Assembly (NCBI GenBank): GCA_964016885.1
Contig: OZ024741.1
Span: 168,144,001-168,208,000 of the forward strand
Direction of reading: 5' to 3'
From: Eledone cirrhosa
Lineage: Eukaryota
DNA length: 64,000 nucleotides
Positions 12,951 through 26,392 of the stretch are shown here, in pieces (the first letter of the stretch is position 1; each line of letters opens with the position of its first letter). The position numbers were made by a program, and so were the translations under genes. The notes beneath the pieces were generated by a model, which saw nothing but the letters and a program-made list of their open reading frames with translations, ran no database searches and was not told the DNA's origin.

Positions 12951-14461
12951 TATTGCCAATAATGTTATCAACTATGTTGTGTTGTGTTGTGCTGGTCTCC
13001 ATTAGTTCCATAATAAGTGTTATAGCCAGTTGATCAACATCCCTTCATATTATCAACTAATGTAGTCCTATCTATGGTATTTCTCTTTCTTTCAAAACTG
13101 ACCTGGGTCTAAGCAGCAACAGTAACAATGACAACTATGGCAAGATAATGTGGTCCAATCTACACTATACCTGTGATGAAATTTTTGTAACTGGAATGTT
13201 TGATCTTTAGATCGGTCAATATAAACTGACCTTGGGTTAAACAACAACAACCAACCAACCAACCCACTTAGGATACTTAATTTCATGTTGGGTTTAACAC
13301 TACCATATGGTCTTTTGTGTGCTTTTATTGGTGTTCATTCTCATGTAAACATTCATAACAGATCTACAGGTTTTTGATACTTTCTTTCTTCCCTGTATCT
13401 CAATACAGATGCCTAAAAACTTTCATAAGCATTGCCATTTCCTCCTTGATTAAACAGTGAAAAAATAAAATGCAAAGTAGCTGAGTCATTAGGACATTGA
13501 ATAGAATGTTTCAAAGAATACAGCTTTCAGAAAAATGAGTTTAAATCCCACCAAGGTAAACTTTAATCTTTTTGAGGTTATTAAATTAAATACCAATCCA
13601 GTACAGGGTCGATTCTTCATCTATATCTCTGTCTCACTTCTTTACTCTTTTGTACACTCTCTCTCTCTCTCTCTCTCTTTATATATATATATTCCTCTCT
13701 TTGTATGTATTCAGTTCCACTGGGTTTAAATGCCCAAGACATATTCTAGGTCTGTATATCGCTATTGTGCCCCTACAACCCCATCAGCAGTTAAGGGCCC
13801 ATGGCATAATACTATCTACACTCAGCCTGAGAAATATATGGAATTGTTATAACTGGGATGTTTGATCTATAATTTGTTTTGTATAAGCTGACATTGTGTA
13901 AAACAACAACATGGGCTATACATGTCCTTGATAATATCACTAATGTGTGTCCTTCATAATCAACAATAACCTTTAAAACTAAATGAATATAGTGCAATGA
14001 ACCAGTTAAATCTCATATATTTTCATTACTTTTAGTAAAATGAAAAGATCATTGTATATTCTTGAAAATGTCAAAGTGGATTGTATCAAAGATTTTTCAT
14101 CTCCCCTGAGGTAGATTCATTAATTAACAACCTTGGTTGCAATGTTTATAAAAAAAATGACTGCATCATATCAACAAGTAGTCTTTATTCTAATGCTGCA
14201 CATTTTCACAACAAATTGTCAACTAATAAAGATTCTGTTAACATTTAAATTAACAAACCAGTTTTAAGACTTTTTTGCTAAATCTCTACAAGATGTTAGG
14301 AATGAATGCTTCCTTTCAAAAAGGAAAGAAAGTGAGTAGTGAAGTAATTATTTTAACACTGAGGGCAACCCTGATCAAGTACACATAGGATCAAAGGCAT
14401 TCAATGCATGGCAATCCTGTTTTTAAAAACAAACAAACAAAAATAAACATAATGTAATCAC

Positions 14462-14605
14462 AAGCATGACTGTATGGTTAAGGAGTTCACGTTACAGCCA
14501 CATAGTTCTGGGTTCAGCACATTGGGCAAATGTCAGCTGTAGTCTCAGGTTGATCAATGCCTTGTGAATGAAATTTGATAGATGGAAACTGCATAAGTCT
14601 GTTAT
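14462..14605 (+). mobile_element. tRNA-derived SINE (family C), diverged
   Basis: TGTATGGTTAAGGAG..GGGTTCA A/B-box-like head, TTGGGCAAATGTC core, ends at (TA)/(CA)n; related fragment ~61322-61425. Confidence 0.6.
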
Positions 14606-14613
14606 ATATATAT

Positions 14614-14680
<67 letters not shown>

Positions 14681-14779
14681 CATATATTTAAAAGTTAAAC
14701 AAGGTTCAATGAATAAATCAAAGAATAAAGTTTTACAATAGATTAGAAGCACTCCACAGTACTCCACTTTGTACTATGG

Positions 14780-17040
14780 ACACCCTATTAATAATTACTA
14801 ATTATGATAATTTAATTAACAAAAAAAGTGAATTATTCTCAAATTGCTTACATAAAGCTTCTTCTACATTCCAAGCCTCACAAAAAGTCAGGAAAAAACA
14901 TTGAATAAATAAGTTTTGATTTTGACGTTTATTATCAACTGAGTGCGTAAAATGATACTATAACAGATTATAAAACATTCTAATAATTTTTATTTATTTA
15001 CGATATGATTAATGTTGGATTAAGGGTTCTACATAAACATATACACTGTTAACATGATCTTTTGATGAGTATGCATATCATTTGATTGTTTAAATACATT
15101 TAATTTTTCGGGGTTTATTGTATTTTTTTAAATATATAGCTTATACGTTTGACAATATTAAGGAATCGTAAACCATTCATTTATTTATTTTGAATATGTT
15201 GTTTTAAGATTCAAGAAATTTGATTTATATATTTATGGTATATGTGTCGTACACGATCCTAGTCGACAAACTTTTTCCACTTAACTTGATGTAAAACTTC
15301 ATTTATAACATTATTAACAGTAATTGTATTTATTATATGTATATAATTGATTAATATCATCTTAAACTTTAAACAGTATACTCTGTATGTATTTAGACAA
15401 ATGTGTATATCTAGTTTAATAATATCCTTTTTAAGTACATTTATATGGCCTTGGGATACTTAAGGGCATTCTAGTTTTATAATTATTAATTATTTTCTAA
15501 ATTATATAATGATTACTTTTTAATATAACTTTTTTAATATAATTAAATTTAGATTACCTTCGGGTTGATGAAAATCTTAAGTCTTTTCTTTCTCATGTTT
15601 GCAAACACTTTAAATATGATATTATACTATAATATAAATCCTTAAAAATGTTCTTGTATTTTTAAATTATATAGCTTATATATTTGACAGTTATAGGATC
15701 GCAAACCATTCATTTATTTATTTTGAATCTGTGTTTTATGATTCATGAAGTTTGATTTGTATATTTATAGTATATATGTATTACATGATCCTAGTTGAAT
15801 AATTTTTTAAATATAATACTTGACGTAAAACTTTATTTTTAACACTATTAACAGTAATTATATTTATTATATTATATATAACTGACTAATATCGTCTTAA
15901 ACTTTAAACAATGTACTCTTTGTATAAATTTAGACAAATGCGTATATCTAGTTTAATAATATCCTTTTTAAGTACACTTATATGGCCTTTGGATACTTAA
16001 GGGCATTCTAATTTTAAATTTATAATTGTAATTATTTTCTAAATTATATAATGATTATTTTTTAATATAAAATCTCTTTAATATGAAAAAAAAATTTTTT
16101 TTTTTTTAATATAATTTAATTTGGATTACCTTCGGGATGAAGAAAATATTAAGTCTCTTCTTTCTCATGTTTGCAAATACTTTAAATATGATATTATACT
16201 ATAATATAAATACTTATACATTTTATAGTCTGAAATATTATGCCATTAGATTAATTCACTATTTTTAACTAACATAAAGATTCGAAATTTAACGGTCATC
16301 CGGATGCGTGGGAATATATATAATTGATTAATTGACTATTTCTAATTAACTTAAGGATTCGAAAATAAACCGTCATATAACTACACTTAGATATATTTGA
16401 TATTTTGATTGATTGATTATTTCTAGATAATTTAACGATTCAAAATTATTCATTCACAATTCACAAAGCTATGCCCAAATATATATTTATATATATATTT
16501 TTGCATCATCTAATTATACGCTATTTATCCACCACAATACAAATCTCCCTCCCTATGCTTTATACTATAAAAATTATTTTCTCCTCGTCTCTCTATCCTT
16601 AATCAATTTTCTTTTGCTTTCGTGCATAAGATAATTCTATACTTCTAGTCAGTCTCTTTTCCCTCATCTGTTTCTCTCTCTGTCTTTCACTTCTTTCTTC
16701 AATAATTTAAATTATTTAAATTTCTAACAGTTAGGTAAGTTTATATTATATTAGTAGCTGGTTATTATTATGTATCTTTATAAGCTTTCTCACACACACC
16801 CTCTGTATTATATGTAATTTTTTTATGTCTTAATCTTAAGGTATATAAATATTGAGTTTTGTCCTATCTTATTCACTGCCATGACTGAATTTTAACCATC
16901 TACTTAGTCAAGGTATGTCATGCTTCATCTTATTTTATCTGATGAGGACGTACTGTTGAAGATAGCACAGTACCTCTGAAATATGTATAATAAAATATAC
17001 TTGATCACACGAATATCTATTTTTGTTAATATTTTGAATT
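14780..17040 (+). mobile_element. AT-rich non-coding PLE-type 3' UTR/non-autonomous element ending in a hammerhead
   Basis: No ORF; internal ~550-bp direct duplication (15118-15643 / 15654-16215); canonical hammerhead at 16931-16997 followed by (TA)n; left boundary approximate. Confidence 0.55.
16931..16997 (+). ncRNA. Minimal type I hammerhead ribozyme
   Basis: TATTTTAT-CTGATGA-GGACGTACTGT/ACAGTACCTCT-GAAA-TATGTA-TA-ATAAAATA; perfect 8-bp stem I. Confidence 0.88.
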
Positions 17041-17102
17041 AATATATATACATATATATATATATGTATAAAAAGAAAATTTCGCTCTGCATGGCTGAAC
17101 AC

Positions 17103-17487
17103 AATAAATGTAATCTGAGTTTTTCGAATATTAATAATAACATTCGATTCATTGGCAATTATGCAAACAAGCCTCAATCTGCTAATATGCAGATCTGACT
17201 GATCAGCCAGTTTGCTAATATGGAAATCAGGCTGATCAGTCATTGTGTATTTTTGAAAATAGCATATATTTTCACTAGCTCTGACAGTTTGGCAGGTGAA
17301 CAGTGAGCTGTACTGATGAAGGGTGATACCCAGAAACATTACTGTCTGCAGTTCTGTTCGCATGCCAACACAAGAGCAAGAATGAAGTGTTCATTCTATT
17401 GACATGGCTATAAAATTGAGGCTTGTTTGCATAATTGCAAACGAATCGAATGTTATTAATATTCGAAAAACTCAGATTACATTTATT
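17103..17487. mobile_element. MITE with ~75-bp terminal inverted repeats
   Basis: 17103-17178 is the reverse complement of 17415-17487 (AATAAATGTAATCTGAGTTTTTCGAATATT...). Confidence 0.75.
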
Positions 17488-17489
17488 AT

Positions 17490-18150
17490 ATCATCATCAT
17501 CTTCGTTTAACGTCTCTCTTCCACACTAGCATGGGTTAGATGGGAGTTGTCCCACTTGAGGCAAGGTTGGTTGGGTGACCGTGTCTCGCTCATATAGGAC
17601 TATCTGGCAGGTTTTCTACAGCTGGATGCCCTTTGTAAATGTGGTTGGTGTTATGAACTGGGAACTTTTTACCATGTTACCTACACGGCCACATTACAGC
17701 GTGGACTGTGTGTTTTTTTGTCGTGACATCGACATGATCTTGATCTCATTATCTCATTTATTTGGACTGGATGTTGTGATACCAACTTTACAGAGAGAGG
17801 GTGGTGTTGGTGGGAGTGGGAGGATAGGGTAGGGGTAGTGGATTGGGGTGTATATTTGGTTAAGAGGTGCCTACTGACTGTAGGTTTCGCTTTGTACATA
17901 GGCAAGGCGGGTCTTCTGTATTACTGCGTAGCGCCAAAGATCTCGGTCCAGTGACATTGTCTTAGAGAGGTGCGAGTGTGTATGGTCGGAATTTATCAGA
18001 TCTTCCCAGGTTTTTCTGGGTCTACCTACTCCATAACTACCATCAATTTTGATCGCCCTGCACTTTTTTATACAGCTGTCGTCTTTCATGCGCATCATGT
18101 GGCCATATCAACGTAGTCTTCTCTCAAGTAAACAGCATCTGATCCCTCTT
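17490..18150 (-). mobile_element. RTE LINE 3' fragment
   Basis: GVGRPRKTW, DRDLWR motifs and (ATG)n tail; same family as 27740-29221. Confidence 0.82.
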
Positions 18151-18151
18151 A

Positions 18152-19027
18152 TCTATGTATATAAAACTGAGGATGTCTGTCTGTGTGTGAGTTCGAATCC
18201 GTAAAACTCGAGAACCAGCCAACCGACTCTTTTCAAACTTTACACATGTAATACTTATGTTTCAGGGAGTGTTATGAGCAAAAACAATTTCAAATTTTCA
18301 ATGCCCTAGGGACCGCATTAGGCAATTTAGCGATCTCTCTCTATAATTCTTAGTATTTCTTATTTTAGATAGATACATACATATAACGTCGCGCCCTTAT
18401 AATATATGTATGTATGTCTGGTTGTCTGCATTACGTCACTTCCCTGATGTGTGTGTGTCTGAGTTTGAATCCCTAAAACTCGAGAAATACCCAACCAACT
18501 TTTTTCAAACTTTACATGTGTATTACTTCTGTTTCAGGGAGGGTTATGCACATAAAAAAAGTCAACTTTTTGATCCCCTAGGTGAAAAACTGCGTTTTTT
18601 TTCGTGTTTTTAGGCGTTAAGTCAGACAGATTTCCTTGAAATTGTAACTATGTATTATTCAGTCTCTTCTTCATACCGTGAGCAAAGAAAATCCAACTTT
18701 TTTATGGCCTAGGGCTCGCATTAGGTGAAAAACTTCATTTTTGCAGCTTTTTAGAGCTTTTTTGAGGCGTTAAATCGAGCCGATTTTCCTGAAATTTCAA
18801 GGCATATTATGCACATTAAAAAAAAAAAAATTTTCTTGATCCCCTAGGTGAAAACCTGCATTTTTCCTACTTCATCGAGTAAAATCTTAAAGATTATCCA
18901 GCCATCAGAGCATTTGGTTTATTTTCTTTACATATTGTCCAGGCATGCAGTTTTTCCACGATTAGGTCTGTCGGCGGCCCGTGTTCCAAAATACCTTATC
19001 CCGTGCAACGCCGGGTACCACTGCTAG
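18152..19027 (+). mobile_element. Non-autonomous Helitron
   Basis: 5' A|TCTATGTATATAAAA followed by GTCTGTCTGTGTG; 3' hairpin CCCGTGCAACGCCGGG then CTAG|T; internal subrepeats. Confidence 0.8.
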
Positions 19028-19030
19028 TTC

Positions 19031-19063
<33 letters not shown>

Positions 19064-19068
<5 letters not shown>

Positions 19069-19260
19069 TGTAATAAACAACATAAGATAATTATTTCATT
19101 TACCAGTGGATTTTTGAAAGCAACCAAAATTGCTTTCATTCATCAGAATGAAAAAATCCTGGTGTCTTTATTGACAGTGGATTTGAAAAACAAAAATATA
19201 ACAGATATGAAAGTGAGGCTGGAGGGGAAAAAAAAAAGGGGGGGGGGGTAATAAATAAGA
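19064..19260 (-). mobile_element. PLE-type terminal repeat with degenerate hammerhead (19094-19153)
   Basis: Homologous to 25935-26130; CTGATGA intact but GAAA mutated to AAAT. Confidence 0.65.
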
Positions 19261-19721
19261 ATATATAACACAACACACACACACGCACACTCACATATAC
19301 ACACATATATACATATACATATACAGATATACACGCGTATATACACATATATATACACAGACACATATACACACACATACACACATATATATATACATAA
19401 ATATCCATACATAAATACACCAACACACACATATATATACATGCACACACATACATATATATATATATATATACATATATATACATATATATACATACAC
19501 ATACATACACACATATACATACACACATATATACATACATGCATACGTACTCACATATAAAAGGATACATATGCACACACGCAAATAAGAATAAATAATC
19601 ATAATAGGCCGTCACATACAAATAAGCAAATAAAAAATAAGGATTAAGCAAATAAAAAAATAAAAAAATATTAAGTTGACAGCGATACAAGACGGCAAAA
19701 TTTAAAATAAAAATAATAATA

Positions 19722-19908
19722 ATAATTGTTTCTACATTAGGCACAAGGCCAGCAATTACTCAGTAAATTACTGGTACTTTATTTTATCGACCCCGTAAGG
19801 ATGAAAGGCAAAGTTTACCTCGGCGGGATTTGAACTCAGAATGGCAAGGGTCGTAACTCTATGCCTCAAAGCATGGCGTTCAACCTTCTAACGATACTGC
19901 CAATCCTT
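19722..19908 (-). mobile_element. SINE family A
   Basis: Same head/core as other copies. Confidence 0.88.
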
Positions 19909-19910
19909 CA

Positions 19911-22900
19911 TTTATTGGCCACAGGGGCCGACATATAGGGGACAATACAAAAGACTGGGACAGTGGGGTTTTACAGAAAAATCGAGTAAACAATATGAAT
20001 AACAATAACAAAAGTAACAATAAAATTACAACTAGAAAAAATTTCCCAATAGGGGGGGATGACCACCCAGGGTTCGCTCAGGTACCCCACCAATCCTGAA
20101 CTACCAGACGCTTCGAGAGCACCCTGGAAGGGCACCCCTCTCCTCCTCAAATTTATCTACTTACAACCGCATGACCAGAGTAGGCCCACTCACACGGGCC
20201 ATTCTCGCCACATTCATCCACCTTTCAGCAAATGTACTGGGGGCAGCACTTCTCTCTCCACCCACACCTTACTTTCCAAGTGAAACTTGAAAAAGTTGAT
20301 GAGGGATTGGCCGAAGAGAAAAGTGTCTGTCTTCAGTCCTTTCAACCTCGTCCACCATACAACCTCTTTCGCTACTGCCACCAGACAGGAAAATTGCCTG
20401 CCCTTCCTGGCCAAAAGAAGGCGGCGGGTCGATCTTCACTATGGACTCGGCCGATAGCCGGATCCGTTCTACCCGCGACAACAGCTGTTCAACATAACTC
20501 CACAAGTCAGTAATGCACGGACACTGGACGAGTGCGTGCAGAACGGTTTCGTCGCTCTGCGCGCATCTCGGGCAGGTCCGTCTAACAGCACTTTCGTGCC
20601 TGTAGAGTTTATCTCGAGTCGGCAGTGCCCCCCGGTAGCACTGCCAATCGAGGGATTTTTGGAAATTATCCATCGTCCCCGGCTCGAAAGTCCTCCGGTA
20701 CAGACTGGTTAGTTCGACTTCGTCGACGCCCAGAGCCTCTCCGAGTTCGTCGTCGCACTTGCCCACCACTAATCCTCTATAGAATTTGAAAGTGGAAGTT
20801 CCACTGACCGCATTGCCTGCCTGGTAGATGGCAGTGAGTGCCTGGCAACATTCCAGATGCCAGTCACCCAGTCTCGGTCTCTTCTTGACCCAGGACTGCA
20901 GTCAAAGAAACGAGCTGCGGAAAGGCCCGTCTGACAAACGGCGACCACACCTGTTCACCGTTTAGGCAGAATATCTGGAGATGCCGCAGCCTCAGCGCAT
21001 GTCTGCGCATTATTAGCCACGGCATGCCCAGCCCTCCACGTAGAGGGTGCTGGCACCAGATGGACCGCTTCACCAGCGGAACCTGACCCCTCCACAAGAA
21101 TTTGAAGAGGAGCCGCTCCAAGATGGCGAGGCGCGAACGGGGCAAGGGACGACCTATCAGTGATAGCTTCATCTCAGCCCATGTCTGAGTGAGACTGGCT
21201 ACCCTGCCCGTCACCTCGTCCCAATTCTCATCCATCTGGAGGTCTGGTCCGAACCAAACCCCGAGCAACTTTACCAGTCTGTCCGTCCAGCGCCTAATGA
21301 CGCTGTTGGACGGCATGGACTTGCCTCTCCAGGTGCCGAGTTGCAAGCCCACTGACTTTTCCGGGTTAAGTTTTGCTCCCGTCAACCTTTCTTATTCCTC
21401 CAATAAGTTGCCGACCATCTCGATTTCTGATGGTGTCCGACACCATCACGGTGATGTCGTCAGCATAAGCCGACACAGCCTTTCCGCGTCCCGGTTCGAG
21501 CGGGATGCCCTGCAACAGCTCCAGCTTCCGCAGTAAAGGGTCGAGAGTCAATACGTACAGAAGGGAGGAGAGAGGGCACCCTTGACGGACCGATAGGGAA
21601 ACCTGAAATGGTTCCGAGATGTGGTCATTAATTTTGACCACCGAGCAGGTGCCGCTGTGCATTGCAGCGATCCAGCTTCTGAAGAAGGGGGCCGAAGCCA
21701 GCCGCCTTGAGGACAGCCTCCAGGTACCGATGGTCGACCCTATCGAATGTTTTCGATTGATCTAAATTGATCAGAGCCCCACCGAAGCCAGGTTTACACC
21801 CAACCCTCTCTATGATGTATCGCATTAGGTGGAGGTTGTCGTGTATGGACCTGGTTGGGATTGTGCAAGTTTGCGCCTCCCCAACCAAATCCCCGACAAC
21901 AAGCGCCAACATCTTCGCTAACACCCTGGCCAAAATCTTAAACTCTGTGTTGAGCAGAGTTATGGGCCTGAAATTGTCTAATGTGTCCCTCTTGTTCTCG
22001 TCTTTCCTTATCAGCGTTACTACGCCCCGGCTCAGAGAACAGAGAATACTCCCGTTTTGCTGCCAGTTGCAGTAGAAGGCTTCGAGGAGATCGGAGAACA
22101 AGTCTGGCATATTTACGTAAAGCTCGTAGGGCAGACCATCCAAACCGGGTGACTTGCGCCTCATGCAGCCGACAAGGGCATCCTGAATCTCGGCTGAAGT
22201 AATTGGCCTTTCGCAGCGCCCAGCGTCAGCCGCCGAGAGTTGCGGCAAGCCATCGAGGTAGGGACTGAAGTCCGCCACGATCTCTGACTCGTCACTTCCC
22301 CCGAACAACCGAACAAAATGTTGGCGAAAGGCCTCACACATCCGCTTGGAATCGCTCAGGCCGTGTCCATCTCGGCCCGTCAAAGACCGAATCGTGGTTT
22401 TATTACCACGCTGCGCCTCTGCCACGCGGGCTCCTCGAACAGCTTTGGTTCCCTCGTTTCTCAGAACACGCGCCTTAGCTCTGACAATGCAACCTTCGTG
22501 TTTCGCATTGAAGAAATGGTCTAATGCCATTCTCGCCGCTAGCACGTCAGTTGCAATGCCACTACAAATAGCCTCGTCTAACTTATCTACCAACTCCCCC
22601 TCCTTTCTATTTTTCTCTAACGCTACTTCTTTGCTAAACTCTATCGACATTACTCTAATCTCTCTTTTCAGAGCCCCCCACCATCTATTGTTGACGACTC
22701 CCCCTGTCAACTTTTTCTTAACTAAATTGTTGACATGGTCCCTGTAAGCCTTACGTGCCGGAAATGACATGTTTACCTTCCAGTAACCAGGTCCTAACCT
22801 ACGCGTCTTATCTAGGTCGACCATACAGATCACAAACTTGTGATCTGAATAGGCGACCATTTCAAAACGTGGACAGCTTACACTATTTCTGTCTATTTTC

Positions 22901-23106
22901 CTAATGAATATCCTGTCTATATACGATCTAGATGACCCTATGCGGTTAGTCCAGGTCCACACTGGCGCATTAGGGAAATCTAGTCGGTACCTGTCAGACA
23001 GTTGGAACTGGCTGATCAGGTTCTTGAGGCTGTTGCACCCCCCGCTCCTATCGGATACTCCCACACAGTCCCAGCGTGCGTCTAAGATGCCGTTCCAGTC
23101 CCCCAT
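19911..23106 (-). mobile_element. L1/Tx1-clade LINE, 5'-truncated within the AP endonuclease, frameshifted ORF2
   Basis: GDWN, SYIDRIF, SDH, GPGYWK, KSPGLDGL, NFRPITLLN, LDQSKTFDRVDH, RQGCPLS, AYADD, C-terminal CPRC..ETVLHALVQC; AATAAA at the 3' end. Confidence 0.92.
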
Positions 23107-23351
23107 AGATATTTATATACATATAACCTATCCTAATGTAATAAGATAAAAATATTACAACCATAATTCTTCATATAATCTGATTGATTATATATACAAT
23201 ATTATAACTCATATATAGGTAACACATCTTCTTCCTTTCTCTTATTTCCTACGTATACAATAACTTATCATAATTATTTAAATTTTCCATAGCGTCTAAA
23301 ATAACGTTTTGTCAGCCCTTTTACATAAACCACATTTGCATACTCATCTTA

Positions 23352-23690
23352 GGAGGCATATGGCTTAGTGGTTAGACCATTGGCCTTGCAATCGAAAGGT
23401 TGTGAGTTCAATTCTCAGACCAGGTGATGTGTTGTTTCCTTGAGCAAGACACTTTATTTCACATTGCTCCAGTTTACTCAGCTGTAGAAATGAGATGATA
23501 GGGACTAGGGTCCATATCATTCCACTGCAAAGTGGACGTGGAAGTGCCACGGCAAAAAAGCACCCAGCACTCACTGTAAATGAGGTTGGTGTTAGAAAGG
23601 GCATCCAGCTGTAGAAATCAAGCCAGAATCAGTTCCCGTCCCACCCTTGCAAGCAGGGAAAAGCGGACGTAAAATGATGATGATGATGAT
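23352..23690 (+). mobile_element. tRNA-derived CORE-like SINE (family B) with RTE-derived tail
   Basis: TGGCTTAGTGGTTAG A-box, GAGTTCAATTC B-box, CCTTGAGCAAGACACTT core; 3' half matches the RTE 3' UTR 28897-29221; (ATG)n tail. Confidence 0.88.
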
Positions 23691-23699
23691 CTTAATAAT

Positions 23700-23985
23700 T
23701 TGAAATATCTGACTTTTTTTTCTTCCCTTCACTTTCCAAGGATAACGTGAACCGTTAAGGTATATTATCCTTGGTTATGCAAAATATTTATAAAACATTT
23801 TGTATTTTATCTGATAATAGCGTACCAAAATTTTGGTACCCTTGAAATATATATAATAGAATAAATATAGTTTCCATTTATTTAATATCAATGTATATTA
23901 TACTCTAGAAAACTTGTTGAGTGCTCTAAATCAGTTAAAAACATTTATATTTGTTGAATTACCAACAAATTGAATATCCCTTCTG

Positions 23986-23990
<5 letters not shown>
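23700..23990 (+). mobile_element. Diverged pLTR of the 2932-7565 PLE family with degenerate hammerhead (23803-23863)
   Basis: TATTTTAT-CTGATAA-..GTACCAAAATTTTGGTAC..-GAAA-TATATA-TA-ATAGAATA, then AAATATAGTTTCCATTT..GTTGAGTGC as in pLTR. Confidence 0.7.
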
Positions 23991-24035
<45 letters not shown>

Positions 24036-24037
<2 letters not shown>

Positions 24038-24796
24038 AGCAACACCCCACCAGGGTGCTCTTGCCGTAAGCCTTCAACAGCAATGCAACACACCCGCTGT
24101 AGTTTATGAAGCTGTGGTCACTTCCAACCGACCAAATCAACCACAGTGGGTCAAATCCAATGTGGGTATGGCGGGGGGCCGATTTAAGGAACACTTCCTG
24201 AACCACCAGTCGACCTTTAGGTACCCAGACAGACGTTCATCCACGAAACTAGTAAGCTACGTATGGTCCCACACGGACTCAAGTATAGACTACTCCATTC
24301 AATGGAAAGCCATCACTAAGTCCAAGCCATACGCAAGGGGCAATCCGTCGTGTGGACTATGTATTGATGAACGGATAAATATTTTAAAGAGATTACGCAA
24401 TAGTGATTGCCTAAACACGAGAAATGAATTCTTCACACGTTGTCCACACGTCTGGAAACACCTCTTACATAAATACAAAGCTGCGGATTGAATTACAACA
24501 ACATCCTAATTTTCTTATCAACTAGAAACTTTTCGGACATTCGCAGTTATCTCTCTTACACCTCTCGCACGCAATTTAGTATTGCCTGTATGAAGTGATC
24601 GTTTCTGCACATGCCCGTTCGTACGGTTGTCCTTTCTGTTCCGTGTAACTATGTCCATTACGAGCTCAGGATCCGCTAAGGTGAAACAATTGTTCTCTGT
24701 ATGGTGAACTAACTGTTGTGTAACCACTTCTACCTAACTCGTCCCATGGACTGAGTGCTCTGCCACTACGGATATTACCTTCCAGTGTTCTACCAC

Positions 24797-24797
<1 letters not shown>
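24036..24797 (+). mobile_element. PLE 3' fragment (GIY-YIG endonuclease + 3' UTR) between (TA)n tracts
   Basis: GCSCR (shifted frame), VVYEA, FKEHFLNH, STKL, CGLCIDE, LNTRNEFFTRCPH; stop at 24491. Confidence 0.85.
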
Positions 24798-24878
<81 letters not shown>

Positions 24879-24892
24879 TATGTATGTATATA

Positions 24893-24962
<70 letters not shown>

Positions 24963-25101
24963 CACACACACATACACACACTTCTCCGTATAAGACAAGA
25001 GCTGAAAAATATCTTTTAACATGTTAAAATATCCCCCACACACTTACAGACACATTCCTACTGACCATCCCTCTACCACGAATTACTCTGCTACACACAC
25101 A

Positions 25102-25135
<34 letters not shown>

Positions 25136-25648
25136 TGTCTTAATAGGCATTTGAACTGTCAACAGGCTGTGGTTCGCACATACATCCCTGCTGACCATTA
25201 TCACAACAACGAACCTCATTACTACTACTATACACACACATATTTGTTTTGAAAGACTTATTTTTCAGTGACTTCTCAATCAGCCGACACAAACCTACAT
25301 TTGGCGCAAAATCAATTTTTAACATTCACATGACCTCTACCGACCAATCAAAATTGTTTTGACCACAAGAATTTTTGCAACACGAATTGGCGCGATACTT
25401 ATTTTAATACCTCTGGAGCCACTTTTTTCACATAAAAACAGGTAGAATTTCCAAAACTAAGCAGATTAGAGCAAACATCACGGACGCTCTATCTCAAAAT
25501 TATTTTTGAAAAGCATTAGAAATGCACAACCGGTAAACTTAAAAGCAAAACTGAATACTAACCAATACTATTACTAATTTTCACTTATTCCTAATTAAAC
25601 TATTTTTCACTGTGAACAATTTGTCAGCATTTTCTTTTCCGTTTACCA

Positions 25649-25679
<31 letters not shown>

Positions 25680-25879
25680 TGTATATATATATGTATATAT
25701 ATATGTATATATATATGTATATATATAAGTATGTATCATCATCATCATCATCATCATCAACGTTTAACGTCCGTGTTCCACGCTTGCATGGGTTTGGACG
25801 GGGGTAGTCCCACTTGAGGCATGTGCATCACGTGACCATACCAACGTAGCCTTCTCTCGAGTAAACAACATCTGATCCC

Positions 25880-25934
<55 letters not shown>

Positions 25935-25939
<5 letters not shown>

Positions 25940-26130
25940 TGTAATAAATAACATAAGATAATTATTTAATTTACCAGTGGTTTCTTGAAAGCAAACAAAT
26001 TTGTTTTCATTCATCAGAATCAAAAAATCCTGGTATTTATTGAAAGTGGATTTGAAAAACAAAAATATAATAAATATGAAAGTGAGGCTGGAGGAAGAAG
26101 AAGAAAAGGAGAAAAAGAATAATAAATATA
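25935..26130 (-). mobile_element. PLE-type terminal repeat, second copy
   Basis: Homologous to 19064-19260; abuts (TA)n. Confidence 0.7.
25965..26024 (-). ncRNA. Type I hammerhead ribozyme
   Basis: Minus: TTTGATT-CTGATGA-ATGAAAACAAATTTGTTTGCTTTCAA-GAAA-CCACTGG-TA-AATTAAA. Confidence 0.72.
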
Positions 26131-26181
26131 AAGGTATATAAACACACACGCACACACACATACAAATATATATATATATAC

Positions 26182-26223
<42 letters not shown>

Positions 26224-26392
26224 ATACATACACATGCACATAAATACACAAACACACATATATATATATATACACATACACAGAAAAACACACACACATA
26301 AATATAAACAGTACAAACATATACACAGAAAAGTGTATACATACAAATATATATACACGCACACATAAATACATACAATTATATATATACAT

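Noticed and set aside
23355-23430. tRNA gene
   Set aside because: tRNA-like head of a SINE; no full cloverleaf and it continues into CORE/RTE tail
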